DNA of 64,000 nt from the human T2T-CHM13v2.0 reference genome, Homo sapiens. Below the pieces are notes generated by a model, which saw only the letters and a list, made by a program, of their open reading frames with translations, was not told the origin of the DNA and searched no databases. The position numbers and the translations under genes are program-made. Of the stretch, positions 37,063-52,972 are shown one piece after another (within the stretch, counting starts at the first letter, position 1; every line of letters begins with the position of its first letter). The DNA is taken from assembly GCF_009914755.1 (NCBI RefSeq), contig NC_060939.1; one strand, 5' to 3'.

Positions 37063-37376
37063 CATGTGCTGTACAGTATGGCTCCCACTAGACACATTGC
37101 TATTGAGTCCTTGAAATGTGATTATTGTGAATTTAAAGTGTTGTAAGTGTAAAGTATACACACAGTGTTCAGATACTTAGTATGGAATGGGAACGTAAAA
37201 TATCTCATTAGTAATTTAAAAATGTTGATTACATGTTGAAATAATATTTTGGATATATTGGGTTAGATAAAACTATTAATGAGATCGATTTGACTTGGCT
37301 TTAATTTTTTAACCTGGCTACATAAAATTAAAAATTACAGATGCGGCTCACATTCTATTTCTTTTGGATAGTGTTG
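37063..37376. mobile_element. hAT-Charlie MITE (MER33-like)
   Basis: Internal gattacatgttgaaataatattttggatatattgggtta and ggctcacattctatttc...ggatagtgttg; flanked by direct repeat ctatagac (37056-37063, 37377-37384). Confidence 0.85.
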
Positions 37377-37713
37377 CTATAGACCTTCAGAGAATGGACC
37401 CAGAAACAAGTGCTGAAAAATACGAAATACTAGAAAAACAGATGAGGTCTCAGCTGAGTCTTGAATGACATAAAGGCTTTGAATTAGAAAATGAGAGAAG
37501 GCTAAGTGTGTTTTTGGATAGGAGATTAAGATAAATAAACTGGTGTAGAATTGTAGGTGTTAGAAACCAAAGGTTTACTTTAAGTAATAGTGCAGAGTAT
37601 TTGGTTATCTTATAAAGGGTGACAAATTCTGAGCACTTACTACCTTAATAAACATAGTTATCTACTATTGAGTCCTTAGAATATGAAGTTTGCATACATA
37701 AATTTTCATTTAA

Positions 37714-38084
<371 letters not shown>

Positions 38085-38199
38085 TAAGTGAGGACACTGA
38101 GGCTTAGATAGGCTTCCTGAATTACTGAATATCACACAAGTAGGAAGGGACTGAAACCTTGAGTGTCTAACCTCAAAGCTTGTGGTTTTAACCACAGCA

Positions 38200-39400
38200 T
38201 TGGAGACAGGTTCACCATGAAGCTAATGGAGCTTTACACTTCCCCCACACTTGTATGTACGACTTCCACGGGGAGGAGCTCAATTAATGTGTTCCCATGG
38301 TCATACGCTTTTGTAAACTTTGCCAAATTAAACCACTGTCACCATATCAGTTATAACTGCTGGGACTGTTTCGACTCTGATCTCCCCCAATCACACCTCC
38401 CTTTATGCCAGGCAGTGATGGATTGGCACTTTGGGGATTTGGCTGAAGAGAAAGTTCAGCTGGTTATAAACTTGGTTTGGGTTCAGTGAGTTACTTATGT
38501 GTTTCCCAGTTCCTTTGATGTATAATTACTTTTTTTTCCCAGCCCTTCCAAGGTATGAATGGCTATCAGGAGTATTCTTACTATCCACTCCACCAGCTCA
38601 TCTGGGGTCTTAACCAAGCTACAGAGCCATTTGCCACATTGTAATATTAACTTGATTTATGATATCAGAAGGACGTAGGTCATGGAAAAAAAAAGAAATG
38701 CTTTAAATATAAAAAGCTGGAACTTGTTTGTGGAAAAGCCTAATTCCTGGATGTATAAAATTATGTGGAGAATTTGATTCTCATTGAAAACTAGTCAAAA
38801 TGGAATATACTTGATCTAGCAGCTTATACGATTATAAAATGAAGCACATTAATTTTCTTTTTTGATGTGAATCATGCAAAGTAGAGGTTAATAATTCCTG
38901 TGTTTGTAGACATAAGTCTGTAACAAGACTGCAAATATGGAGTATGACCGTGTGAAGTCACCTGTTTTTGCATCCTAATGTATGAGATTTTGTTTTAGCC
39001 CATCTGACACACCTTGTTTTAGTGGTTCCAGATGACGAAACACATCAAAACTGCCATTGACAGAGCAAAATGGGCCAAAGCTTTTCTAAACCATTAAAAA
39101 AATTTATTAACAACACTGTATGAAAGAGGGAAAATTATTGTCATATGAAGAAGTATGCAGCCAAAATGTGGCATTTTAGAGGAAGTGTCAGGCAGTTAAT
39201 GAATATAAACGTTATATTATTTTTCTGGATATTGTGATGTTTGTGGTACTTGTCAGCTTTTAATCTTTGTAATTTGTCATGAATTCTTTTTTATCTTAAA
39301 GAAATATTTTGGACCTAGGTTGACACTGACAGTTATTTCTTACAGACAGTCTCCCAAATAGTATATGCTTCAGGCATTACAAGACCTGGATTTATCCTTG
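38200..39400 (+). mobile_element. hAT-Tip100 DNA transposon remnant (Zaphod/MER115-like, internally deleted)
   Basis: 5' end ggttcaccatgaagctaatggagc...atgtgttcccatggtcatacgctttttg; 3' end gtatatgcttcaggc...acctggatttatccttg. Confidence 0.75.
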
Positions 39401-42119
39401 AACTGTACTGTATAGCTTCACAGGAACTATGGTGGGTTCTGGGGAAACATATATTAAATATTTAGAGGTCACAAAACCCTACAGAATGTGTGGAAGAAAG
39501 TCTGTCTATTATGCTATTGATTCTTGTAGCTTCCCTTTGCAGAACAGTGTATCAGACAATGAGCTCTCCATTTTGCAACTTGAGAAAGTGGAGCCTAGGC
39601 AGATACCATATTATGTATCCCAAATTCAGCAGCATAGGCTGATATTACATGCATTGGCATCACCGAGATTAGACTGCTTTCTACGGTGTAGTGATGCAGC
39701 AATGAGATCACGGCTGGTAAAAGAGAGAAAGACTGAGTGAAGGAGGGTAGGAAAAGGTGAAGGAAATAAACGAACATTTACTGAGGGCCTTACTCGCATC
39801 AGGCCCTGTATCCTTCCTTCACTTTCACGTGATTATCTTAGTTAATGAATCTTCAAGTGTCTGTAATGTATAAAGAAATATCTATGATGCATTACATTCT
39901 TACTGCCTGATTTTATGACTTTTCTGGGCTGCTCATAGTCCAATAGGGAATGAAGGTAAAGCAGGAGGGCTCTGGAATCACACCAGAAAGTTCAGGTAGA
40001 TGGAATCATAAAATAAATGCACCCACCACATCGAATAACACTGCAGAGTGTTATTTCCTTGAGAGTACAAATACTTTCTTCTCTGGGGAAACATCACCTA
40101 CTAAGCCAAAGACCTGTAATCAGTCACTATGGTGTAAGATACATGATCTAGTTTTGCAAAAAATAATTCTTTCTTCAGTCATTTAAGAAAACAACTTAAC
40201 TTAGATTTAGAAATATGCATGTTGCTAATCATAGCGGTGTGAAGCAATAGTTCTGATTCATGTTTCTTGAATCTTTTTTCATATGTGTTCCTGAATTTAA
40301 CATCAAACACTGGGAGCTACAAATGATTTTTTTAACTGCCAACCAGATTTCTTAGGATTCAGGAATGCATGCCTGCCAGGGAACATTCATAATTGTATTT
40401 ATATGCTGGATCAGTACTATTTTTGTGACCTTTACATTCAGAGACCGACAGAATTATACAGGTCTATCTATCTGCTTGGTGTCATCATGAGTGAGGAGGA
40501 GCTCCCAACAAACACTCTGAGGAAATAAACATAATCCTATGAGCATATCTCCTCTATGTTCTTATTTTGCATTATACACAGTAGATATGAATTATATCAC
40601 CCCCTTCCCACATTCCAAGCCACTACTTCTTAATGTGGCTTTCTTTGAAACAGTTCTTAAAATTGCTATTCCTATACTGCGGGCAAGTTGCTTTCAAATA
40701 TTGTTCAATGGCTTCATTACAGCATTCTCCTTTTTGGAAATTAGCTTCAAGTATCCTCAAAGCTCTCATGTCACACTTTTCTAAAAAAAAAAGAAGATGG
40801 TACTTTATGTAAATGATACATAGAATCATATGTGAGCAGCACAGTGCAAGGCATTCTACATGATTGAACAACATACAAACAGACGAGAAGAGATTTAATA
40901 TGAGTCTGCAGTCCCTGGATTCTTGTATCTTGTCATTTTGGTTTTTTTTTTTTTTGGAGGCTACTGTTGTCTTCAATGTGGTGAGTCTACATGAGGTTAA
41001 ATAAACATGATGCAGGCAGGACAATGGTGAACATGCTTCAACTTGGGGTGCCACCCTCAAAGCATCCTCTCAGATCGTGCCTGAGACAGAATTGCCATCT
41101 GATGGCTCTTACCTTAAGGGTATACTAAATGTCCTCAAAGACACATCAGAAACAAGTAGCCACGACAAAATATTTGCCTTGAAAGGAATGTTATATATGT
41201 CCATAGCAGATTATATTTCTGCTGTTACAATGGAATTTAAAGAAGAAAGTAATTTTTAAAAGCCTATTTTATAAGCACATTTTCTGTAAGATGTCCCTTT
41301 TGTTACTTTAGGGTCACCTATCTAAAACTGTAATGGATTTAATCCATTTTTAACTTTCTGAATGGAAAAGTTTAATCCAAACATTTAAAGGTTTGATCTC
41401 TAGGAACATTATCCAGGGATAATTATCAATGAAACTTGAGGAACCAAGAATTTGGCCTGAGTTTGATCAGTGAAAATTGTCTGAGAGCTCGGTTTCAGTA
41501 GAGCGAGTTGAAGTCATCCAAAAATAATGCCATTATTGCACCATATTCAACCTCTTAAAATTAAAGTCATCTATTGCCAAAGAAAACTCTGAAAATTAAA
41601 TGACAGCAAATTTTGTTCATTGAAATTAGAAAAAGGGCTGATATTGGAGAAGACTATGGACATTTACTAAATTAAATTTCATAAAATTTCAAATGATATG
41701 TTTCAACCCAACACTTTTTGGAACTTTGAACACTGGAGAAAAATAGTTACTTTTATTATTAATTTACATATAAGTAAATTATGTAGAAATATAAATATTT
41801 TGAATTTTTCATTATCTCCAATTTTGTACCAAGAATGAAAATTTTAAACAAGTGCAGCTAGAAATGGTTACACCTTTTTCTATGACACCTTACTCTATGG
41901 ATGATTCACTGAAATTAAAGCTTTCTGCCTGGTCTTGCCTGACACCCCCCAACCTCCCACCTCACCCCACTAAATGCTTCAGAATTACTCATTGCAACCC
42001 TGGCTTAGTGACATAACTTTCCCCTGTCTTGAGAGTTTTACACTTAGTCATGTAATCATAGTAATTAGTAACTTTTTTTCAATGTGTAGAAAGGAAAGTT
42101 TAAAGCAAAAACAAACTAA

Positions 42120-42456
<337 letters not shown>

Positions 42457-43829
42457 AAACATGGTTATATTTTGAATAAGAGTTCCAGACCAACTGCATA
42501 ATAAAAGAATCTGAAATTGAGCAAGTGAATCATTTTTAGGAACATACTAACAATTTATTTTTTATTGCCAGATTTAGATCCTGTTCAGTTTTAGTGTTTA
42601 CATCTTCACTCCAGCTAGAAACCGAGGCCATGCAGGCATAGTAGCCGGTAAGTGGCTATATATAAGGGAGAAAAAGAAATGAGTTTGATGGCACATGTCT
42701 GCTAAAGTCTTACTTTCATTTTTATCAAAATTGTCAAATAATCAGATCACATTTTCTTAACTTTGACTGTTGAACTGTTATTGGGCCTCTTTTATGAACT
42801 ATCTGTATTGAAGTATTAAAAGAAAAGACTAAAAAACAATGCAATATCACCTACTTCCAAGTTTACAATCTTGCATCTGCCACTAATTTATGACTGGCTC
42901 TACCAGATTCTTCTCTCTTGGAACCAGTTTACTGCTCTTTGTTTTCTTGTTTGAAGTAGAGGGATTTAAGTGCAATGGGTTTGTTTGGACTTTTACAGTG
43001 TTGATCTTATCAACCTTTGGGATTGTTTGTTTCTAAACTCCAGGCATCAAACAAAGGTGGAACTATTGGTCAGGTAATTTGAAGTCATAGATGGGGATAC
43101 TCAGGTGGCAGTTTGTTTTATCAAACTAGTGAATGTGAAATAATAGTTTAGAATTAAAATTTAGAGCTCATTTAAAAATGATGGAATTCTGAAGATTTGG
43201 GTTTAGCTTAAAAACATTTCCCCAATGATTTTTCAGTTTTAATGCTTAGAAAATATTCGCCACTACCCTCAATCCTTTTTCTACTTTACTGTTCTTTTAG
43301 AAGAATTTTGTTATTACTCAGATAGGAATTACTTTCCCATGAGCAAGTTATTATAGATTTATCTAAATTAAATCTCACTCCATTTAAATTTTTCCACCTA
43401 AGATCTTCCACTGTGCTTGCAGTTCTTTCTATTTTGGTATGCTCACAGCTATTTACTTTTTCCATCAGGGCATTAATTTGGACATTTCATTTAGCACTGG
43501 CCCTAATCCTATCCCTATAGAACCCTACTGTCCCCAATTGAATGACACATTACTAATAACTGCTTATTATTTATAGTCCATCAGTCAATTTGATAATAAT
43601 TCTAATGTGACAGAATCTTACCAATGTCTCTCTATTCGTTTTTATTTGTTTCCAATAGAAATCTTGGGAATTTGAGGAAGCTGCTTATATAATCTTTATT
43701 AAATAGTCTTTACTGTATGTTTTGGATAGAAGATGGTATATTTGTGCCATTTTTTAATAGCTTAATGTAAAATTATGCTGCTTGGAATAACATCCTTAAC
43801 ATAAAGCACCATCTAGGGCAAAGAAAAGT

Positions 43830-44045
43830 AGGGGGCGGATTTGGCATCCTATTTTGGAGAACTTGCTGTCACTTTTACTGCCTTTGGTGTGTCACTTAAA
43901 GGTTTTCTTGCCATAATCATCTCCAGACCACTTTTCCTCCCACTCAACTTTGTAGAAACTGGGGTAAAATGTATCCCAACTCTATGACACAGTGAGAATA
44001 ACATGTAATAACAGATATAAATAAGTTTGGAAAATCAAAACCCTA
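43830..44045 (+). mobile_element. MIR fragment
   Basis: ctgtcacttttactgcc...gtcacttaaa...gtgagaataacatgtaataacagatataaa. Confidence 0.55.
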
Positions 44046-44524
44046 TACATACTATCCTTTTATAGGAAGATGACTTTACTAATCCACTCTTGGATGGATG
44101 TGCATTGTAGGGGCTCTGATACTTTATGCTATTTCACCTGCTTCTTGCAATATTACTGACATATATGTATTAATACATGGAACATGTGGCACGTGCTTGT
44201 GTTTTTCATTTGTAAAATGAGAGTATCAGTTATCTTAAGGGAATATTTTAACGCCAAACTCATTGTTATCAATGTTATATGTTAAGTTGGAGCATGCAGA
44301 TTTCCAAGAACTCTTAGAGAGGAGTTATTGGAGGAAAGACAGGCTCTTCAAGAAAGAAGTCTTGGGTATACTCATATACTGTGTAGGAACTCACTTCGTT
44401 AGTTATTCTCTGGTTCTCTAGTGCTGTCAATCTTCCTTTCTCCTCTATTTCAGTTCCCACAATATTCCAACAAATGAAAGCTTTCTGTTGCCCTCACAAG
44501 AAGTGTAGGCTTGAGCCTTCTATT

Positions 44525-44997
44525 ACATGCACTTGTATGTTAATCACAGCACTATTCACAACAGCAAAGACATGGAATCAACCTAGGTCCCCATCAATGG
44601 CAGGTTGGATAAAGAAAATGTGGTATATATAAACCAGGGACTACTATGCAGTCATACAACGAATGAAATCATGCCCTTCGCAGCAACATGGATGCAGCCA
44701 GAGGCCATTATCCTAAGTGAGTTAACGCAGGAACAGAAACCAAATACCACATGTTCTCACTTATAAATGGGGGCTAAGCATTGAGTACACATGGACACAA
44801 AGATGAAAACAATAGACACCGAAGACTACTAGAGAGAGGAGGAAGAAAAACTACCTATTTTGTACTATGCTTACTACCTGGGTGATGGGACCATTTGTAC
44901 CTCAAACCTCAGCATCATGCAATATACCCATATAACAAACCTGCCTGCATACTCCCTGAATCTAAAGTAAAAGATGAAATTAAAAAAAATAAAAAAT
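44525..44997 (+). mobile_element. L1PB-like 3' end (5'-truncated)
   Basis: ORF2 C-terminal remnant (cagcactattcacaacagcaaagacatggaatcaacctagg); 3' UTR with aacctcagcatcatgcaatataccc; A-rich tail. Confidence 0.9.
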
Positions 44998-45749
44998 TTA
45001 AACATTTGACTATCTGATCTGGAACCACTGTTACTCATTCTTTTCTGCAATCTGGTTTCCAGTTTTTATCATTCCTATTCAATAGCTCTCTTACAAATCC
45101 CTTATAGCTTTTATTGATGGAGTGCATGGAGGTAAATACGATGGAGCTGAGCTTTTAGAAAGCCACTTAGAATTGTGTGTTCTTTAGGATTGGGCTGACA
45201 GTACCGAGGGTGCCACCTTAGTGCTCCTCGCTGGACCATTTTTGAAAGATGGATGGGAGCAGCTGCTCAAAAAGATCCCAGAGTGCCACAAAAGCTCTAG
45301 AGCCTGGAATTCCTCAAAGCAAGTCCAATTTATAGATTCCTACATTCATATACAGAAAACAGGTAAGGCCTTGAATTGAGATATACATTTCCCCAACCAA
45401 TAGCCAAAAGCCCCTCTGGGATCAATTGGAGCAGCAATAAATGAACTGCTTTTCCTTCTAAGTTCTAAGATCTAGGCCAAAAGTGGGAGGTTCATAACTC
45501 CAGGAAAAATCCAGAGGAAATTACAATGACCCCTAGTTTGTGCGAATTGACGCTATCACTGTTTTTCTATTTTGAGTGTAATCGAGGTCATTCTTTGTCC
45601 CCCACAGTTTCTCATGTGTGAATGAGAAAAATACCAAGGAAAAGCTTTAAATTACTCAACAACATAAAAACTATTCACTACAAACTCCACAACAAACAAG
45701 CATTTTCTCTTGGAATTTTGAGAAAATGAGAAAACGATTAAGGAATGCA

Positions 45750-46110
45750 AGCCTCTATTAAATTTAAGGAATGAAATAAATTCCTAAGTATTGTGAAGAC
45801 ATATGTAACATGAATCTCAGAAAAGAGTCACAAGGATGGTTAAAGAAACAGGAAATTTTACATATTATAAAAGGTGGCCAGACAGGCCGGAGAAATAGAA
45901 AGTAGCTTGATGGAAATCTTTAGCTTTTTGAAGGCTATAGTGAAATCTGCCAAATAATAGGAGAATAGGAGGTCACACTGTGAAATTAATAGCCAGGAAA
46001 TTTAGAACAAATAAAACATAAATGCTTTTGCATAGCATTTAAGCAGCCCATGGCACTGATTACTGCAGGAGGTCAGAGTTAAATGCTGTCGAGCCAGAAT
46101 TGAAGAAGAG
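45750..46110 (+). mobile_element. CR1/L3 LINE remnant
   Basis: ggaggtcacactgtgaaattaatagccaggaaatttagaacaaataaaacataaatgctttttgcatagc resembles the CR1 RT 3' region. Confidence 0.55.
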
Positions 46111-49100
46111 CGTGGTAACATTGTCATTCTCACCATCATCATTTGCAGTTAGTTGGATGATGATTCGGTTGACTTCATCCTTTGCTTTAGAATTTAATTA
46201 TGATTGCACTTTGTGGAAAGCTAAGAAGGATGTAAGACAAACAGCAAAAGTAGAAGAAGATAAGGACCCCTCTCTGTGAGCCTACCCCTCATTACTGAAC
46301 ACAAGAAAAGTATTAGATGATGCTGACAACTGCTGAGTTTCCAAATCTTGCAGATATTTGGGTAGTATAAATCTGGAGAAGTTTGTACATTCAAATATCC
46401 CATCTTCAGGCAGGCATTGTACAATATTTTTGTTAAATTAGAATTTCTTTCGATTTACAAAATTTATTTGAAGAGGGCGATTTCTATTATTATCCTCCAA
46501 TTTAATATTTAGCAAATCATTGTTTTCTTCTGATTTGTTAACCCTAGCTGGGACCCCATACACAGTATCTTTGGAAAATATAGGATTTGATGATGATGCT
46601 ATTGGTCCATGGTGCTTTGTCATTTTCCATAGCACAAAAGCCGCAACGTCTCGAGCGGACAAAAGGTAATTAGTGCATCAAGTATTATAGCAGTGAAGCC
46701 CAAATCCCAGTTCAAGAAATGAATTTATTCCAGTTCACAAAATGGATCTTAAGTGTGACTTTTCATTTTGTCGTCGGCCATAATCAATGCCTAGTCATTG
46801 CTTATCACTATTTTTTAAATGCATAAGCAAAGAACAGAAAGATATGTGGGTCCCCCTTTTTACTTCTCCACCCACAGGATATTATTGTCAGGTTGAGTTA
46901 ATGTTCTACCAGGAATTACTTGGTGTGATGGGGAGGTAAAAAGACAGGAACATTTAATTCTTCGTTAATCTCTTTCTTGCCATAATTAGCAAAGGTGTAA
47001 ATATTAACGCCTCTGGTTTTAGTCGTGAGTTGATACTATCATGCATATACTTGCTGCCATGGAGGCCACATTCTTCAAAAACAACACCTGACCATTTCAC
47101 CTGGCATCTTAATTTGTTCATATTTTGGCTGCTAAGCATTCTGCTTTTCTGCTGCTGTATTATAAACAATTTTGTTCTGTTAGTTTGTATTATTTTTTAT
47201 TACCTTTAAAATTGTTAGGTTGAAATAAACACTATGGTTTTTGGGGTCATTCTTTCTCTCTTTTTTCTTTTTAAATGAATTCCCCCCATGAATAATTTTT
47301 TTATTTCGGTATTTTCATTGTAATCAAGGTTATAATTGACAGCTTTATAATACCAGGGGGCACAGTTGAGGTCTCTTTCGCTTTTCAAACATTCTTTCGA
47401 TCCACTGCAATGACTGTTTTTCTTTGTTTCTTTGCTGTCTGAGAAGAGGCAGAAGATCAGAGAGAGTTCCTGGCGGTGGTAGAATATTACATTCTATTGT
47501 AACTAGTAGTTTACATAGACTGTGCAATGAAGTATTCTGTGAAACAATTGGAAATGACTTTTCCTTTTCCTGTGCATAGCCAATGTTTTCATAAATCTGG
47601 AGGAAAGCCTTATGGTTTTGAAATCTGAAATATTTGTATCCACTTTTTAATTGTTGATGTCAAACCACCATGCTGGATATTTTTAGTACCTATCCCCATG
47701 ACTGATGGTGTGTGTAGAAATCAGAAGTGAGGGTATCACTGCTGGCAGAACTGGAGTGAATTAGAAATTCCATTTTCAAGACATTTTAAAATATTCACTT
47801 TTTAACCTCCTTTTAAAGCTACCTCTTGCTGTATTTTGCAAGGGTGGGGATTTAATGCATGATGCCTACACATGTGTACATAATATTCTCTACCTTTTGT
47901 CTTTAATATTCCTTGGTTTTTAATTATTAAAGATAAGTATTTGAATTATAAATATTCTAGTTATACAGGAATAGGCAAAGCAGGCATATACCCTCAGGCA
48001 AAATTCTTCCATTATCCATAATCCTTCTGCCTCCTGCCTCCATTTCTCTGCTTCCTATCTTTATGTCGCCTCAAAAAACACACAGAGGCATTCTTTTAAA
48101 CCAAGCTTCTCCTCCCCACTTAAACCATAGAAATCCCTTCTCAATATGTATAGGGGCCTATTCCTTGAAGTGGGATGTCATACTTGTCCTAAATATAATA
48201 AAGTGCTATCTTCAAGGCATTTCTGCATCCAAAACACTCCCCAGAAACCCGCCGAGCCCTCCCATCTATCCAGTCTGAATGTCACAAATCATAGCCCAGA
48301 AACTGCTTTATAGTGAATCATTAACACTGTCAGGAATGACTTGGCAGAGAAAAAAAGCTTTCCATTAGAGAACTGAGGGAGAATATACAAATGACAGCAT
48401 TGTCATTTCACTCCTATTGTTTTATAAAGCTCAGAACTGATTAGTAAGAGTTTATTACGGAGGACTATGACTCTGTATTTCATATAGAGTATGCATTGTG
48501 TTAGGTGTTTTTACATATCCCCCTTACATCTTAGGGCTTCATGGTCTATTTTAAATAAGTTTTGTTTTTAAAACAGTGCTTGCAGTGCTGAGGAAAGTTT
48601 TATAGCATGAATGAAGGTACACAAAATGGGTATGTGGATGTTTGCAAAATAGCTGACCTGATTATTTGAAAGTGAAAAGCTATTTGTGTGGCCACTTGCT
48701 TGGGATTACAGTCCTGATTCTTTTCCCCAGCAGGGATGACTAAAAAGGACAGAATGCCTCACCACAGATGGGCAAGAATGAGTTTGGATGAGTGTTCTCT
48801 GTCTTTGATGGTGGGTCTTGCATTGTTTTGTGAAGTTGAAGGCAAGTAGGATTTGGAATTATTTGATGCTTGTATTTACCTGGGCTTATATTCTCCATCA
48901 TTAGAAGAGCCAAGTTGGCTGATATTCCTTTGCCCCCTTTACCTTGTGTGGACATGTGTAGTGAATTCAGGGGTATGCTGCCCAGATTCCCACTGGGATG
49001 GAAGCACTCATTTCCCCAGGGACCACGGTGTTTCTTGCCATTGGCTTACCCTAGGAATTTCCCTTTGCCAAAGGCAGCTTCTTACCCCAAGTTACATCCC

Positions 49101-49604
49101 TTCCCCAGGACCAGCCTGAATCCAGTAGTGAATCCATGCCTCAATTTGAGATACTTTTGGTGGGCTATCCCAGCCTCAGAGCTCCACATGAGATGGGTGG
49201 AAGCCTCTGTTTTGACTACCTTACAGTTCAGCATCTCTCTCTGGCAAGTCCCCACTCTTTTGCTCGCTTACACATGTCATATCTGAGAGCATTCTCTGAT
49301 AAACCACAAATCTCTGCTTCAGTGTTTGTTTTATAGAAAACTCAACCTATGACACTTGATAATGAGGCTGGTCTTAGAGGCAAACTCTAAAAAGGGATTT
49401 TGAAGTTGAATTATTTGCTGGCTGGTTCATAATCAGAACTCCATTACTGGTGGTAGGGTAGTGATGCAACTGTGAAAATTTTCACTAATGTTGAATTTTG
49501 ATAGGACACCAGCAGAAAGAAATGTATCACAAAATGCAATATCTCAGGTGTTTTAGACTTTAGGCGTAGATAGTAATTAAAGGAGTATAGCACTGGATAG
49601 CTAT

Positions 49605-49724
49605 CTTTTGAAGAGATGGGGTCTCCCTAGCCCAGCCTAGTCTTGATCTCCTGGGCTCCAGTGGTCCTCCCATTTTGGCTTCCCAAAGTGCTTGGATTAT
49701 AGGTGTGAGCCACCATGCCCGGCC
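49605..49724 (-). mobile_element. FLAM/Alu monomer inserted in the ERVL
   Basis: Left-monomer sequence; TSD ctggatagctat at 49593-49604 and 49727-49738. Confidence 0.85.
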
Positions 49725-52600
49725 TTCTGGATAGCTATTGTTGCAAGTTATCCATGCATTGGAGAAGACATGAAAGGCCGAGGGAGATTAATCACCAAAT
49801 TAAGGTGACGTATAAAAGCCAGAGGGCCTCACTAGCAGCATATAAAGAGACTCCTATCTCATGCAGCTGGAGAGTGAAAAACCTGAGGATCTCACTTAGG
49901 ACTTAACAATATGAGCAGATTATCTCCAAAGAAGGCTGAACTTTTAACGTTCAAGTTGTCTCTGCAAAAAATTTGGGTCCTGATTGTGACCCTGGGTCAG
50001 TATTCTTTTAAGTCTCAAATTACCAGATTTTCCTGAAGTCTCCAAGTCTACAGAAGTGGCTTACTCTTCCCTCTTAAAGGCTAATGCTCCTCCCTTACTC
50101 GAAGAAATACAGAGGCCTCTGACCAAGACAACATGTGCCCATTCCCTCAGAATCGATTCCTACTTCTCTTCCTGGTTACCAGACCAATAACTAGAATTAT
50201 GTCACAACATATTCTAAAATGGTTAAGTGTCAGGCCTGAGGAGCTGCAAGACCTAGCCAATATGTACCTGGGAGGTCCAGAAGAGTATGTATGGAAACTG
50301 GAACCTGGAGGTGTTGAATTAGGGGGTAGAATATAAGGAACATAAAAAGGAGTGAATTTGTTGATATGAGAACATTTTTCTGGAATGAGGATATAATACT
50401 CTGTCAAAGAACCCAATAGAAGGAGCTAACATGCTATTTAATGGCACTTTGAAGCTTACAGAAAGTGATGGCTCATACCAAGCAAAGTAGAAAGTGCCAT
50501 AGCAGATGATAGAAGGACTCAAGAGAACCAGTAAAATGGAAATACTATAGTGAATATAGTAGACTAGAAAACTAAACTAAACACCTTGAATGTGCTCCAT
50601 GGAAGTGCTTAGAGGAAACTGTTTACCCAAATAATGAGGAATGAGTTGGAGAAAGGGACATGAGTATCACAGAAATGCTCAATGACTGCTCACTGAAAGC
50701 CAGAGCTCATGGTAGAAGGTGCTGTTACAGAAATAGCTTTCTCAGTAGTAATAGGAATGATAAGATACAGAAGTAAGAGAGGCCAGGTGGTAGCACTTCA
50801 TCTATAGCAGCAAGGAATGCACAATTTTCATAATGAGTGACAAGGTTGGAGTAGCAGCCAGAGAGTCCTTACCTGTAGAGAGCTATGGAGACAATTAATG
50901 GAACCTAGGCCACCAGGGGCAAGACAGGTGAGAAGCTGACAAGGGCATGCTCAATTTATAAAACAAAGAAATTCAGGGAGGGACAATCACAATGCTGAGA
51001 GCAACTGCTCCAGTGAAAATTCTTGATCCCTTGCCCAGTTTCTAGATCTGAGCCAGTTTTCAGACCCGGAATTCCTGAGGGAGGACCCTGCATCATCATA
51101 AAAAGTACATTCACTAATGATCCTCTTAGTCCTTTCCCAAAGGACCTCTGTACATTTACTTGGGTAACTGTTTACTGGGGAAGGGGATGACCAAGTATTT
51201 TAAGGGCTATTGATCCAGAGACCCAAAGCATCACTATAACCCCCTTAGTATGAGGATCTTTAGGGCCTGGAAATATAGTTCTGGCTTAAGTAGCAGCTCA
51301 GAATAGATCCACTGGAGCCACGAAACAACTCAGGGATTATTTTCCCAGTCCTAGAGCATATACTTGGAATGGATATTTCTTGGTACTTGGTAGAGCTACC
51401 ACATTTATTCTTTTGTCTATAGGATTAGAACCATCATAGTGGGAAAGCTAAGTGGAATACTCTGAAATTGCCTTTTGTCACAGACAATAGCAAAAAGGAA
51501 ACAATATTATATACCAGGGCAAATGACAAAAATAAATGCCACTCTTAAAGATCTAAAGGACCCAGACATGGTGGTCCCAATTATGTCTTTATTTAGTTCA
51601 GTGTTCTGGCCCTTGCAAACACCAATTGATCCTGGAAGATGACACTGAATTTCTGTAAACTCGACCAAATAAAGCAATTGCAATGCTGTACCAAATGTGG
51701 TATCTTTGCTAGATCAGATTTACATGGCTTCAAGTACATGGTATTCAGTGATTGATCTGGTTAATGTGTTTTTCTATCTCTATCAAGAAGATAGAATAGA
51801 AGCAGTTTGCACTCATGTGGAATGAACAATATATATTTACAGTCTTTCCCTAAAGCCATGTTAACTTTCCTATCTTCTGTCATAATATAGTCCAAAGGGA
51901 CATGATGCCGAGCATGCATCTCATTGGCTTGCTACATTGACGACATTGTGTTAATCAAGCCAGATAAACAAGAACTGGCAAGTGTGCTGTAAACCTTGGT
52001 AAGACACATGCATTCCAGAAGGTGGGAGGCAAACACTCTGTGAAGACTTAGGGGTCTACCAAGCCAGGAAAGATTTTAAGGGTCCAGTAGTCTGGGGGAT
52101 GTCAAGACATTCCCTCCAAAGAGAATGGAAAATTATTACATCTTACATATCTCACAATGTCTGGTAGGCCACTTTGGGTTCTAGAGGTAGCATATTCCAG
52201 ACTTGTGAATATTGCTCTAGCCTATTTACCAAGTTACACAGAAGGTGTCCAGATATGAGTAGGGTCCTGAGCAGAAAATAATTCTATAGCAGGTCCAGGC
52301 TGAAGCACAACCAGCTCTTTAGCTTGGGCCATGTGACCTGGCAGACTTTCTCATATTAGAATTATCAGTGCTGGAAGAAGATGCTGTGTGGGGGTTTACA
52401 GCAGACTACAATAGGAAAATCACAATATTGAACCCATGAGTTCTGAAGCAAGGCCATGTGATCTGTAGGAGAAAATTACACACCATTTGAAAAATTGTTC
52501 TTGGCTTTCACTTGGGCCTGATACTAACTATTGGATACCACATGACCAAGTGGCCAGAAGTGCCCATCATGATCTGAGAACTCTATGACCTGTCAAGTCA

Positions 52601-52972
<372 letters not shown>

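Noticed and set aside
40623-41060. 145-aa minus-strand ORF / possible processed pseudogene
   Set aside because: Non-ATG start, no recognisable protein similarity, no poly(A) or TSD
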